From NCBI RefSeq assembly GCF_902713615.1, contig NC_052147.1, forward strand, positions 196,813,764 to 196,877,763: a DNA stretch of 64,000 bases. Reading direction: 5' to 3'. Position 1 is the first letter of the stretch, and the number at the start of each line of letters is the position of its first letter. Origin of the DNA: Scyliorhinus canicula. Taxonomy: Eukaryota. This document shows, one piece after another, positions 36,420-49,305 of this stretch. The translations under genes and the position numbers were made by a program. The notes under the pieces were generated by a model. It worked only from the letters and a program-made list of their open reading frames with translations. It did no database searches and was not told where the DNA came from.

Positions 36420-39400
36420 TTTTTATTTTAGTAAACATTTTATTGAGGCATTTATAATTTTAACATTTTAACATTCTAAACAACAGAGCGGTCCGACACA
36501 CGCAAAAAACCCCACAGTAACATACCCAACTTCCCCCCCGCCCCAACTCCGAGCGACCCATATATGAGATTCCCTTCCCATATTCGTCACTGCCATGCCT
36601 CCCCCCCCCCCCCCCCCCCCCCCCCAAACTGCTGACGGTCAGTCTTCCTTAAAAGAAGTCGATGAACGGCTGCCACCTCCGAGCGAACCCCTGTATTGAA
36701 CGCCTTAAGTCAAACTTATCTTCTCTAGCCTGAGAAACCCCGCCATGTCACCGATCCACACCCCTGACTTTGGAGACTCCGAGTCCCTCCATTCCAGCAA
36801 AATCTGTCTCCAGGTTGCCACGGAGGCAAACGCCAAGATGTCAGCCTTTCTCCTCCCTTGGACTCCCGGATCTTCCGACACTCCAAATATTGCCACCTGT
36901 GGACCCGGAGTCACCCTCCCTTCTAGGACCTCTGACATGACATCGGAGGATCCGTGCCAAAATCTCCTCAGCTTCGGACACGTCCAAAACGTATGTACAC
37001 GATTCGCCGGACTTTCCCCGCACCCCCCACACCTGTCCTCCAACTCCTCAAAAAACCTCTTCATCCAGGTCACAGTCATATGAGCCCTGTGGACCACCTT
37101 GAACCGGATAAGGCTAATCCTGGCACATGACGAGGATGCATCGACTCTTCTCAGGGCCTTCCCCATAGCCTGCTTCCAAATCCCTTCCCAACTCGTCCTC
37201 CCACTTCCTCTTCACCTCCCCGATTGGGACCCCTTCCCACTCCATCAATTCCTTATATATTTCCGAGACCCTCCCCTCTCCAACCCCCGTTTTAGACATC
37301 ACCTTATCCTGCTATCCCCTTAGAGGGAGGCAAGGGAAGCTTGGAACATGCCTCCGGACAAAGTCTCGTACCTGCAGGTGCTGAAATCCGTTCCCACCTG
37401 GCAACTCGAACTCCTCGTCTAACTCCTTCAGGCTTGGGAAACCCTCCTCAATGAACAGATCCCCAAACTGATCAATCACTGCCCATTGTCACCTAAAGCC
37501 CCCGTCCACCCCCCTCCCTGGTGCAAACCGGCGATTGTCACGGATCGGTGACCACACTGACGCCCCCTCCAGTCTCATGTGCTGCCTCCATTGCCCCCAC
37601 ACTCTCGGGGCTGCCACTACCACTGGGCGTGTGGAGTACCGAGCTGGCGAGAATGACAGAGATGCCTTTAACAGAACCTCCAGACTCATGCCCTTGCAAG
37701 ATGCCGCCTCCATTCGCTCCCACATCGACCCCTCCCTCAGTACCCATTTCCTAACCATCGAAATATTGGCCGCCCAGTAATAGTTAATAAAATGGGCCAA
37801 GCATCCCTCCCTGCGCTCCCACTCAAGGAGGACCTTCTTCACCCTCTGGGCTTTCCCAACCCATATAAAACCTGAGATCGCCATGTTCATCTTCCTAAAA
37901 AATGCCTTAGGGATGAAGATTAGGAGGCACTGAAACACGAACAGCAACCTCGGGAGGACTGTCATTTTCACAGTCTATACCCTCCCCGCCAATGACACTT
38001 CCCACCTATGGAAGTCCCCTTTCATTTGCTCAATCATCCTGCCCAAATTTAGTTTATGAAGCTGACCCCAGTCCCTTGGCACTTGTATCCCCAGGTACCT
38101 AAAACTCCTTCCCACCACTTTGAACAGCATCTCCCTCAGATTCCTCTCCTGCCCCCTTGCCTGGGTCGCGAAGACCTCGCTCTTGCTCATATTCAGCTTC
38201 TAACCTGAGAACCGGCCAAATTCCCCCAGTATTCCCATAATTCCTACAATTCCCCCCAACGGATCTGTTATACAAAGGAGCAAATCGTCCGCATAGATCA
38301 AAACCATATGCTCTACCCCCCCCCCCAACCCCCATCACTATCCCCCGCCAAATATTTGATGCCCTCAGCACCATTGCCAAAGGCTCTATGGCCAGGCAAA
38401 CAGTAGTGGGGAGAGTGGGCACCCCTGCCGTGCCCCCCTGCAAAAGCTAAAATACTGTCATTGAACCTGGTTGGTCCTTACATTCGCCACTGGTGCCTGT
38501 TATAGCAACCGGACCCAATCCACGAATCCCTGCCCGAACCCAAACCTTCCCAGGACATCCCACAGGTACCTCCACTCCACCAGATTAATGGCCTTTTCTG
38601 CGTCCACGGCCACCACCACCTCGACCTCGTGCCCCTCCGCAGGCATTATTATCACATTTAGGAGCCGTCTAATATTAGACATCATGTGTCATCCCTTCAC
38701 AAATCCCATCTGGTCCTCCCCTGTTACCCTTGGAACACAATATATGTGTGGCCAAGATTTTGCCAGCAATTTTGCATCCACATTCAACAGGGAGATCCAC
38801 CTATACGACTCTCAACTCTCCAGATCCTTATCCGGCTTCAAAATAAAGGAAATCAATGCCTGCGATAACATTGGGGGGAGCACACTCAGATCCTTGGACT
38901 CACTAAAAGCCATGACCATAAGCGACCCCAACAGCCCGGAAAACTTTTTATAAAACTCAATCGGGTATCAGTCAAGTCCCGGAGCCTTACCTGATTGCAC
39001 CGCCCCCAACCCATCTATAAGCTCCTAAACCTTCCACCAACTCCTCGTCTATCCTCGGGAACTCCAGCCCCCCGTAGGAATCGCTTCATACCCTCCTCCC
39101 TGGCTGGGGGTTCCGATTTATACAATCTACTGTAAAATTCCCGAAACACATCATTTACCCCCGTCGGATCCAAAACCACCTTCCCCCCTGGATCCTTTAC
39201 TTTCCCAATCTCTCTCGCCGCCTCCTGTTTCCTCAGCTGATGCGCCAACATCCTGCTGGCTTTTTCCCCATATTCATACACCACCCCCTTTGCCCTCAGC
39301 TGTCCCTCCGCCTCATCTGTGGACAGGAGCCCAAATTCCAGCTGTAGTCTCTGACGCTCCTGAAAAAGCCAGTTGTCCGGAGGCTCCACAAACCTCCTGT

Positions 39401-41770
39401 CCACCTGTAAAACTTCGTCAACCAGTCTGTCTAACTCTGCCTGCTCAGCCTTCTCCTTATGGGCCCGAATTGAAATGGGTTATGCCCTAATAACTGCCTA
39501 CAATGCCTCCCACACCACCCCAGCCGAAACCTCACCTGTGTCATTGATCTTTATATATCCCCGAATGGCCTCCCTCACCCGCTTGCACATCTCCTCCTCC
39601 GCTAACAGCCCCACATCTAACCTCCACTGCAGGCACTGGGACCTTTCCTTTCTTAACTTGCAGGTCTACCCAGTGCGGGACGTGGTCTGACACCACAGTT
39701 GCTGAATATTCAGCATCTACCACCTCAGCCAGCAGCGTTTTGTCCAACACAAAAAAGTCTATCCAGGAATACATCTTGTGCACATGGGAGTAGAATGAAA
39801 ACTCCTTACTCCTCTACGTGATCCCCAAATCTCCACGTATCCACCCCCACAGTGCGCTCCATAAATCCCCACAGCTCCTTCGTCATAGCTGATACCTTCC
39901 CTGCACTGGAATTCGACCGATCCAGCCTCGGATCCAGGACCGTGTTGAAATCTCCCCCCATAATCGGTCAATGTGAATCCTGGTCCTGGAGCTTCCCCAG
40001 CACCTGTCTAACAAACTCAACATCATCCCAGTTTGGGCCACATATGTTTACCAATACCACAGCCATTCACTCATTTCTCACTAACCAAATATATCTACCA
40101 CCCGGGTCCGTCTCCATCTTCCCCACCTCGATTGCTATCCGCTTATTGACCAGGCTTTCCACCTCCCCAGGATTTCCACCTCCCTCATTTCAAAGACTAA
40201 TCCCGAATGAAACACCTGTCCAACCTATCCCTTCCCTAACCCAATCTGATCCCCCACCTTCAAATGTGTCTCCTGCAACATGGCCACGTCCGACTTCAGC
40301 TGCCTCAAGTGCGCAAACCCATGGACCCGTTTGACTGGCCCATTCAGTCCCCGAACGTTCTACGTGAGCAGCTACCGTCCATTTCCCGCCTAACCTTCTT
40401 GACTCATCGAGCCTAACATAACTGGCCCAACAAATCGCAGCCCCACCCCCCAATTGACTTCCATGAACTCACCGCCCCCCCCCCCCCCCCCCCCCCCCCC
40501 CACCCTTCCCGGTCCCAACTGTTCCAGAACCATCATTTCTGCCTCAAGCTCATTCCTCCCACCTGATCCTCTTCCGCACCCATATTAAGCAAAAGTCTTA
40601 AACTAAGAGAAGGCACAGTCTATCACCCCGCCATCCCAACAGCTACTAAGCCTGCACTGAAGGACAATCATGAAAACAGAAGAGGAAATGCCTCCAATCC
40701 AAACATCCCTATCATTACCCCAACTCAACTCATAACAACATGAACATGTACAATAAAACAATAAAATAGTAAAATTACAATCATCCAACGGCCAAACCGC
40801 ATTCTTCAAACGATGTCCGGTCAATGATCTCTGATATTCGTCTGCCTGCTCTGGAGTTGCGAAATAACAGTCCTTCCAGTCAAACGTGACTCTTAGCTTT
40901 GTTGGCTAAACCACCTCAAACCACACTCCTCGGTGAACAAAACAGTCTTCATCATATTGAAGGCCACCCATCACTTCGCCAGTTCCGTGCCAATGACTTG
41001 GTAAATTCTAACTGTGTTACCGTCCTAGCTGATGCTTTGGGCTTTCCTGTCCCATTCCAGGACCCGCTCCTTCCTACTGAAGCTGTGAAACTGAATGATC
41101 ACTGCTAGAGGTGGCTCATTCAGTCGTGGCTTCTGCCTCAAGGCCCTGTGCTTTCTGTCCAGCTCCGGCGCAGCAAATACCTCATCACCACTCAACAGCT
41201 GAGAGAACTTCGCAGCAAAGTATTCGATCGGTCTTGAGCCCTCAACTCCCTCCAGTAGACCCACCAGCCTCAGATTAATGCACCTTCCTTGAGACCTTTA
41301 TTCCTATTCCCAAATATCATAATTTCGGCCTCCAGTGAGGTGAGTACGCCTTCGTGTTGAGATAAAGTCTGCTCCACACCAGCCAGCTTCTCTGCTTGTT
41401 CGTCTACTGCCTTGGTCGTCATGGTCACCTGCTCCTGAACAGGCCCAAAGCCTCGTCCACCATAGTTTTAAATTATGCCTTCAATTTCTGGCCATGCCTC
41501 TGGAATCGTTCGTCCATCTTCCCACCAAATTTCTTTTAATTATTTTGCCATCGCCCCGGCCATTATATCGAGGGTGATGGGCATGGCAGCTACCACTGCC
41601 ATCTTTGATGAGTCCTTGCTCAGGCTCGGCAATTCACTCCTCCTCCCCTCTTCGATGTTGATTACGACATCCCCAGATTCACAGCTGTTTGTTCTGCCGG
41701 GCCATCTGGACCAATTGCAAACTTTCTTTGTGAAATGGTCAGAAAAGTCTGAAGTATCGGAGCACTGTAA
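36420..41770 (-). mobile_element. Near full-length degenerate L1 (ORF1 ~40820-41700, ORF2 ~36710-40380)
   Basis: ORF1 PELDRKHRALRQKPRLNEPPLAVIIQFHSF; EN HKMYSWIDFF; YEYGEKASRMLAHQLRK; RT VAVDAEKA; Cys-rich EDRCGGCGESPANRVHTFWTCP; A-rich tail at 36420. Confidence 0.95.
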
Positions 41771-41929
41771 CTACTGATAACATTCCTGAAAATCTGACAG
41801 CTCCCAACAGTTGTAAATCTTATCCGTCTTTTTCTAATCTTAATGGATGTTGCCAAATGAGTTTAGAGAGTTTCCAAGCAGATTCTGGGTGCGTAATAAA
41901 AGCAAAATATTGGAACTCCTCAGGCACCA

Positions 41930-43255
41930 AAGCACTTCCTGTCCACATGCAGCAAGACCTGCACATCGAGCTGATAACTGGTGAATAACATTGACCCCAC
42001 ACAAATACCAGGCAATGGCCATTGCAGTTTACAAGTCTATCATGAACCAAGAAAAGGAGTCTCCGAGGAAAGGAAAGGTAATAAAAAAGGATCCTTGTTT
42101 AACAGCTTATGCAGTTCTAGTTTGATATGTCTCTGGCTGAATATAAAAATGTTTGCGTCCCAAGAATTTCACAACGATCTACAAAAAGACAGAATCTAAC
42201 CATCTCTCCTTGAAGTTCTGCAGCATTAGCACCATTGTATTCCCTATCATTAACATCCTGGGGGTTACCATTGTCCAATGTCAGAATTGGACCAACCATA
42301 TAAATACTGTGGCTACAAAATCAGACCAGAAGCTGGAATTCGAGAACCACAGAAAGTGAATGTGACCTTCATTGGGAATGCGTTTCTGTTAACAACAACA
42401 ATTTATATTTATATTGCACCTTTCATGTAATAAAACATCCCAAAGCACTCATTATCAATCTAAAAATGAGGACCAAGGGACCCAAGATGACTTCAGGGAA
42501 AGCAACGAGAGGTTGGTCAAAGAGGTAGGTTTTATCTTCATGGAAGAGAGGGGGCGAGGGGCAGTGAGACAGAGAGATTTAAGGAGGGACTTCAAGAGCT
42601 TAGGGTCCAGACCAAAGGCGCGAACATCCATGCTGGAGCAATTAAAATCGGGGATAGTCAAGTTGCCAAAATTACAGATATCTCAGAGGGTTGTAGGATT
42701 GCAGGAGCAGTCAGAGATTTGAATTCTGCAGTGATTAGCTCACCTCTTGATCCTCAAGCCCTGTACACCATCTACAAGGCACAGGTCGGAGTGGAATCCT
42801 CCCCATTTGTCTGGATGAGTGTAGCTTTAACAACACAAGAAGCCCAACACCATCCAAGATAAAGCCACTTAACTGGCACTCAATCCAACACCTTAAACAG
42901 TCACTCCATTCACCACCAGCACACGGCAGCCAGTAGAAGATGCACTGTAGCAACTCACCCAAGGCTACTTCGACGGCCCCTTCCAAACTCTCAAGTTCCA
43001 CCAACTAGAAGGACACGGGCAGCAGATATACTTGCAATTTCCCCAAGTCACACACCATTCTGAATTGGAAGTATATATCACAGATCCTTCACTGTCACTG
43101 GGTCGAAAACCTTGAACTCCGTGCCAAACAGAACTGTGGGTATACCTATAGTACATAGACTGCAGCAGTTCAAGAAGGTGCTCACCGCATTCTCAAAGGA
43201 AATTAAGAATGGACAATAAATGTTGGTCCTTCCAGTGACATCCCATGAAAAAATA
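41930..43255 (+). mobile_element. Old CR1/L2-group LINE 3' fragments with an opposite-strand L2-like piece (~42390-42720)
   Basis: MQQDL..., INILGVTI...NWTNHINTVATK, CTGCAGCAGTTCAAGAAGG...AATAAATG 3' end. Confidence 0.65.
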
Positions 43256-45080
43256 AATCCACCCTCTTCCATTGTTCAGAAATCCCCTGATAATTGATCT
43301 TGCTCTCTGCTCCAAATGCTCCCAGGCATGGAAGCCCTCCTCAATGCCTAATGAATGAACTCCTCTCCCAGTAAGCCTAGTATTTGTCCCTGGCATTCAT
43401 GATATGGAGTCTGTCCATACCCTCCTCTTCAACTAAGCTCATATAAACTGGCAAGAACATTGCAAAGGGAAATTATATTTTTAAAGAGTGTGATCAGGGT
43501 TTCTTGCTTAGTTTTATACATTTGAAAGGGAAATTAAGTTTATAGAGTCTGATCAGGGTTCCTTCTTTACTTGGTTTTATCATCTGAAAGCACATTAGTT
43601 TTCACATGTACACTGACAACACTAAACTCTCGGACACTACCACTTCTATTGAATTCTCCACTGTTGCTAACTTACCAGATGCTTACCCAACATCTAGGCC
43701 TGAATTTTCCACACCCTAGCCAAAATGATGCTGGAGCCTAAAATCTGGAAATCCCACTCCTGACCTGGCATCCACCATTTTTGCTGAGTTGGGGGTGCAA
43801 TGGGGTGTAAAGTATTTTGCTTATCCAGAGTTCACAGAAGTAGCTGCATGTTTAAAAGTACAGATGCCTCAAATAGAAGCAATTCTGGTCATCGTAGTTT
43901 CAGAAACAGGACTTGTGGGCTTTAAGCATTTGAGGACAAGGCTGTACCGACCAGAGTTCTTTGGAGAGGCAAGATACCCCTTGGGAAAGACCAGGCACCT
44001 GTTAGGTACTAAAAATAGACATGAATGTGCATGAAAAGTCATTACATTCTGTGGAATTGTCGCACTGTCAAGTCATTTAAATCTACTGCTCTTTAAATTT
44101 TGAAAGGTGAAAAGAAAATCAGCGCCTGCAATTTCACCAGATTGTTTGCTGACAGAAGTCTGAGGACTGTTATTAAAATGTTAATTCTGTTTGAGTGCTT
44201 CCACAGCCTATCATCATCATCACAGTGGGCTGGAATGAGGTGCAATAAATTCAGTTTGATTTACAGCTCCAAGTGGTTATAAAGAGGTTAGCTGTCTTTG
44301 CTATGGGGCAATGAATAATGTTGATTTTGTAAGGAATAGGTACTTAAAGGGAGTGTTTGTTTTTATAAGGGATTAAGTATCCAAAGGGCTTTAAATTTAC
44401 TGAATAGACATTTATCGATGAGAATTTTAAAAATATCATGAATTATATAATAGATACTTGGACCATTATTTTATTTCATCTCACAGTGGCTCTGGTGGTC
44501 TGCTGGGTGAGCTGACATGGAGGGCGAAGACAAAGGGTGCTGGTGGAGGCATGGATTGGCATGTAAAAATTAACATTTGCCATGGTTTGGTATAAGTTGC
44601 TGATTTAGTTGATATGGAGGATATGTGTGGGCATGCATGGATGTGGATGCATAGGTTGGCATACAGAGTGTGAAGGGCCATGGATCGGTAAAGGAGCACA
44701 TGGGGGATATGAAAAGATATGTGGTACGAGTAGAGAGGCAAAGGTTGGCAGAGAGCGCATGTTAGGGTCATGGGCTGAGTAGACGAGCATACATTGGCAT
44801 GGAGATTATGAGGGGCCACGGGGATTGATAGTGCATGAGTTGACATGGATGAGGCATGGCAAGTGTGTGTGTGGGGGGGTGAGGGGGGAAGGGAGATCAG
44901 GGCTGGTTTTCATTTTACTTTTTCTTTAAAACAACTGGGACAGAGGAATAAGATGAGACTCTTAAACAATGTCAGCCTCCAGCAGCCCCTCCAAACTCTT
45001 TCCATTGCCAGTGGGCCCAGCTCCAGAACCTGCACCCACCCCACGCCTCTTGCCAATTCCCCCACCCCCATGCTAGCGCC

Positions 45081-45082
<2 letters not shown>

Positions 45083-45130
<48 letters not shown>
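45083..45130. repeat. (CT)n microsatellite
   Basis: Directly visible. Confidence 0.97.
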
Positions 45131-45133
<3 letters not shown>

Positions 45134-45269
45134 TCTCCCCCACCCCCCAATTAAAACCCTGAGTTGAGTTTGGGGGTTCCGGAAGTTTCCTGACTTTGCC
45201 CACCCAGCCTGGGAGCAGAGAATCATGACCTGGTCCTGGATAAGCAGAAAATACTATCATATAGACATT

Positions 45270-45446
45270 AATAATAAAAATAATAATAATTGCTTATTGT
45301 CACAAGTAGGCTTTAATGAATTTACTGTGAAAAGCCCCAAGTCGCCACATTCCGGTGCCTGTTCGGGGAGGCCAGTACAGGAATTGAACCCGCGCTGCTG
45401 GCCTTGTTCTGCATTACAAGCCAGCTGTTTAGCCCACTGTGCTAAA
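45270..45446 (-). mobile_element. Short tRNA SINE without V-core, (TTA)n tail
   Basis: rc matches the 15430-15630 family. Confidence 0.9.
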
Positions 45447-45792
45447 TGAACTGTGAAGGGTGAATTCACACATTGTTTTGGTCCCCGATCTCTGTTTGCT
45501 ACCTGCTGACTCCAACCTCTCTCTGGCAGCTGTCTTAAGGCAAAACCAGAATGTTGACCACCTTAGTGTGATATCTGACCCCATGATGAGTTGCTGGCCA
45601 CATATTTGCACAATCACTAAGACCTCTTACTTACACCTCCATAACACCACCCGACCTCACCCATCTCAGTTCATCTGCTGCTGAAACACTCATGCACGCC
45701 TTTGGTACTGCCTTCATCCATTCAATGCACTTTTGGTTCTTCTGTCAAATTCTACCCTCTGTAAACCTGAGCATATCCAAAATGCTGATACC

Positions 45793-46009
45793 TGTTAGAC
45801 GTTTAGCTGCTGTTGTATAAAGAGTCAAAGGTTATTCTCCTTTTCACAAACACATTTACTTCACTTTAACAGACTCTGCTAAAAACTCTATCTTCACATC
45901 ACCTGACACAAAGGCCACCTGAAGCCTCAATGGCCACCAGTGTCAATTATTGGATATTTAACATAAATGAGACAACTAATTTGAATGTCTCTTAACCCAT
46001 TACTCAACA
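45793..46009. mobile_element. Solo LTR (217 bp) within an old L2-like fragment
   Basis: TGTT...AACA termini; perfect 5-bp TSD ATACC. Confidence 0.85.
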
Positions 46010-46528
46010 ATACCCATGTCTTAACTCGCACTCAGTTCTGATCAACCATCATTTAAATGCTCATTGACCTACACTGGTTCCTTACAAGGATTATACTGGA
46101 TCTGAAAGACCATACCTATCAGGAAAGACTGAACAGTCCAGAGGCAGTGTTTTTTTAAAATATTTTAATTCAAATTTGAACAACTAGACATATAACATAT
46201 ATAACATTTACCGAATAAAATCGACCCAAAACAGAATAAAACCCTAGGTCTCCACCAGCCCTCCCCAACAATTGGCAGTAACCATTTCCCCAAAATGCAA
46301 TACAAACAAACTAAATTTCACCTTCTCCAAATACAAGAATTCCATTAGATTCCCCCAGCCACACCAAGGCACAGGATGGAGAAGCTGACCTCCACCTCAA
46401 CAAGACCCACCTGCGACAGGGACACGCAGTGCTCCACCCCACCTCACTATCCCCCTCCACTTATCAGATCACCTCAGCGCAAGGCCAAGAGTTCTATTGC
46501 CAGCGCAAACAGAAAGGGGGGCATAGGG

Positions 46529-46921
46529 TGTCATAATATCCATTCACGTATATAACGAGATGCAGACAGGTAGTGATTGACACACAGGATAACAAATGAA
46601 CACACACGACACAGAACAACCAATCACCAAACAGTACACCACCACTATAAAGCCCACAGGGCATTAAGGCTGTCCCTCTCTTACAGGGCACTAGTCGCAA
46701 TGCACAGGCCAATGGACATCATCACCATGTGATAGAAAGCTAGTCTGGTCAAGCCAGTCAGAGGTTATCAGTTAGGTTAATAGAGTGTCAACTCACAGCA
46801 GATTATGTACAGCAATCAACAGGTTCAATAAAACAGTGTTGGACCACCTCCTGTGTCGGAAGCCTGTTTCTCGTTTTACTGCATCAGTTGCAGTCGATGT
46901 TAGACCAACACAAACACATCA
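46529..46921 (+). mobile_element. Solo LTR (~390 bp)
   Basis: TGTCA...CATCA termini; CCAAT, TATAAA and AATAAA in order; no canonical short TSD. Confidence 0.82.
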
Positions 46922-48250
46922 GCGTAAACAGAAGGGGGGCCATAGGGAACCCCTGCCTTGTTCCCCTGTGCAGAGGAAAGCTCCCTGAATTCATCTCGGT
47001 TGTACGCACACTTACCATCAGGTCCTTATGCAACAGCTTCACCCAAGCTACTAATTTAGACCAATCCCAAACATCTCCAACACTGCAAACAAATAGCTCC
47101 ATTCCAAATGATCAAATGCCTTCTCTGCATCCAGTACCACCACCTCCTCCAACTCCTTCCCTTCTGCTAGGGAATGAATCACATTCAATAGACGCCACAG
47201 GTTAAACAATTGTCTGCTCTTCACAAACCCCGTCTGTTCTTCTCCAATCACCTTCGGGAGGCACTCCTCCAACCTGAGCACCAACACCTCTGCCAGAATC
47301 TTGGCATCCACATTCAACAATGATATTGGCTTCTATGATCCACAAACTCAGCAGAGAAATGGATGCCTATCCCATAGTCTCCGGCAGCAGCCTCTTCACT
47401 ACCGCGTCCTTGAATATCTCCACCAGCAGCAGAGCCAACTTATCCAGAAATTTCTTATAAAGCTCCACCAGGAAGCCATCGGTGCCAGTGTCTTACCTGT
47501 CTGCATCTTCCCTATCGCCACCCGCACTTCCTCCACCCCCACAGACTCCTCCAACCTGGACCTCTCCCACCTAAGGACACTCCAGCCGCCGCAGAAACTT
47601 CCTCGTGTCTGACTTATCCTCCGGACGCTACAACGTATACCGATTCTTAGAATACTCTTCAAAGACCTTATTCACCTCTCTGGCGCCAACTCCCCTGTTC
47701 TGTTCCGGACCTGAACAATCTCTCTTGCTGCCACCTGATGGTGGAGCTGGCCTGCCAACAAGTGTCTGGCCTTCCCCCCCATATCATATACAACTCTCTT
47801 CACCCGCCTTAACTGCCGGATTGCCTTACCCGTGTACAGAAGATCAAACCTTGCCTACAGCTCCTTCAACCGCATCAGAAGATCCGGAGTAGGACCCTCC
47901 GCATACTTTCCGTCCACCTCCAAAATTTCCTCCACCAACCGCAGCTCCTCTCTTGCCTTCCTGTCCACCTGAGTCTTAAACAAGATAACCTTACCCCTCA
48001 CTACTGCCTTCAACGCTTACAACACCCCTGACGGTGACACCTCTCCATTCCTATTAAACCCTACATAGTCCTCAATCACCATTCCCATTTTGGTGCAAAA
48101 GTTAGGGTCCTCTGTGCTGGCCCCTTCTCCAGAACCACATCCACCCAATGTGGAGCATGGTCCGAGATGACAATCGCAGAATATTCTGCCTTCCTCACCC
48201 CTGCCACAGCACCTTTCCCATAACATAATATCTATCCTCGAATACACATT

Positions 48251-48898
48251 GGGCAGGATTCTCCTTCAGAGAATCACTCTGGACTTTTTCCTCGAAAGTC
48301 TGGGGTGATTCTCCATTTTTCAGGGGGCTAGCAGAGCCCTGCTTGCGGCCCGCAGCTCTGGCTGCCGGCAGGGCCCTGCTAGCCAGACCGTGTGACCGTG
48401 CGTGCGCACAGCGGCCGCAAGCGGTTCCGCGCATGAGCACGGCAGCCCACCTCGGCACGGGCGCCGCCGACATGGTGGAGCCACACAGCTGGCCCGCGTA
48501 GAGGGAAGGTAGGTCACTCCCAGATCGCGATGGCCCACCAACCAGTGGCCCCGGATCGCGGGCCTGGCCACTGCTGAAGGCCGCCCCCCCCAGAGTCGGA
48601 TACCTCCCCCCCCCCCCCACCCCCCCACCCCGCCATTGCGGCCACGGGTTCCAGCTCCCGTCGGGTGGTACCACATGGACACCACGCCGACGGGGGTTCG
48701 GCCAGTCGACCGCAGACAATCGCCGCGAGGGCCTGTTCCAATGGCCCCCGACCGGTGCCACGTCAACCGCACGCGCGGGACTGGCGCGCCCATGGAGAAT
48801 TGTGGAATCGCCGTCACGCCTGATTTCTGGTGTAAACGGCTATTCTTCACCCCCACGCCGGGCACGATTCCGGCGTGGAGGGTCGTAGAATCCCGCCC
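48251..48898. mobile_element. GC/CpG-rich Harbinger-type MITE (648 bp)
   Basis: TIRs GGGCAGGATTCT ... AGAATCCCGCCC; flanks ATT/ACT. Confidence 0.88.
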
Positions 48899-49015
48899 AC
48901 TGTGTGCTGGTGAAAAGAATGAATACTCCCTCTCCTGCAGGTGCAGAAACCTCCACGGGTCCACCCCTGTCCCCCCCATCTCCCGCAAAAACGCAGCCAA
49001 CACCTTTGCCACAAC

Positions 49016-49305
49016 ACCACGCGAGGGGGTCAGCAAACGCGGGACGGACCGAGGTGGGGTGCTGTGCTCATGCGCGGAACCGCTTGCGGCCGGTGTGCAC
49101 AAGCACAGCCACGCTGTCTGGCTAGCAGGGCCCTGCCGGCAGCCAGAGCTGCGGGCTGCTAGCAGGGCCCTGACGGCAGCCAGAGCTGCGGGCCGCTAGC
49201 AGGGCCCTGCCGGCAGCCAGAGCTGCGGGCCGCAAGCAGGGCCCTGCCGACAGCCAGAGCTGCGGGCCGCAAGCAGGGCTCTGCTAGCCCACTGGAAAAT
49301 GGAGA
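49016..49305. mobile_element. Internal fragment of the same MITE family, inverted, with a 4 x 37-bp tandem array (49121-49268)
   Basis: rc of 48310-48456; unit GCTAGCAGGGCCCTGCCGGCAGCCAGAGCTGCGGGCC. Confidence 0.88.

Larger units (their letters stand above)
34183..36420 (+). mobile_element. Decayed Gypsy element (LTR, PBS, RNase H/integrase-proximal pol), interrupted by a MITE and L1s
   Basis: PBS-like TGGTGACGA at ~35099; TDHKSLLGLFCEDKAVPPIASVRIQRWASLLAVYEYS; SELTVEDGILFWGMRVVVP...LKDLH. Confidence 0.88.

Noticed and set aside
48195-49199. Overlapping 187-260-aa ORFs
   Set aside because: Stop-poor GC-rich MITE sequence fused to an L1 EN fragment.
49121-49268. 37-bp repeats of CRISPR-like length
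   Set aside because: Head-to-tail with no spacers, inside a MITE fragment, eukaryotic context, no cas genes.
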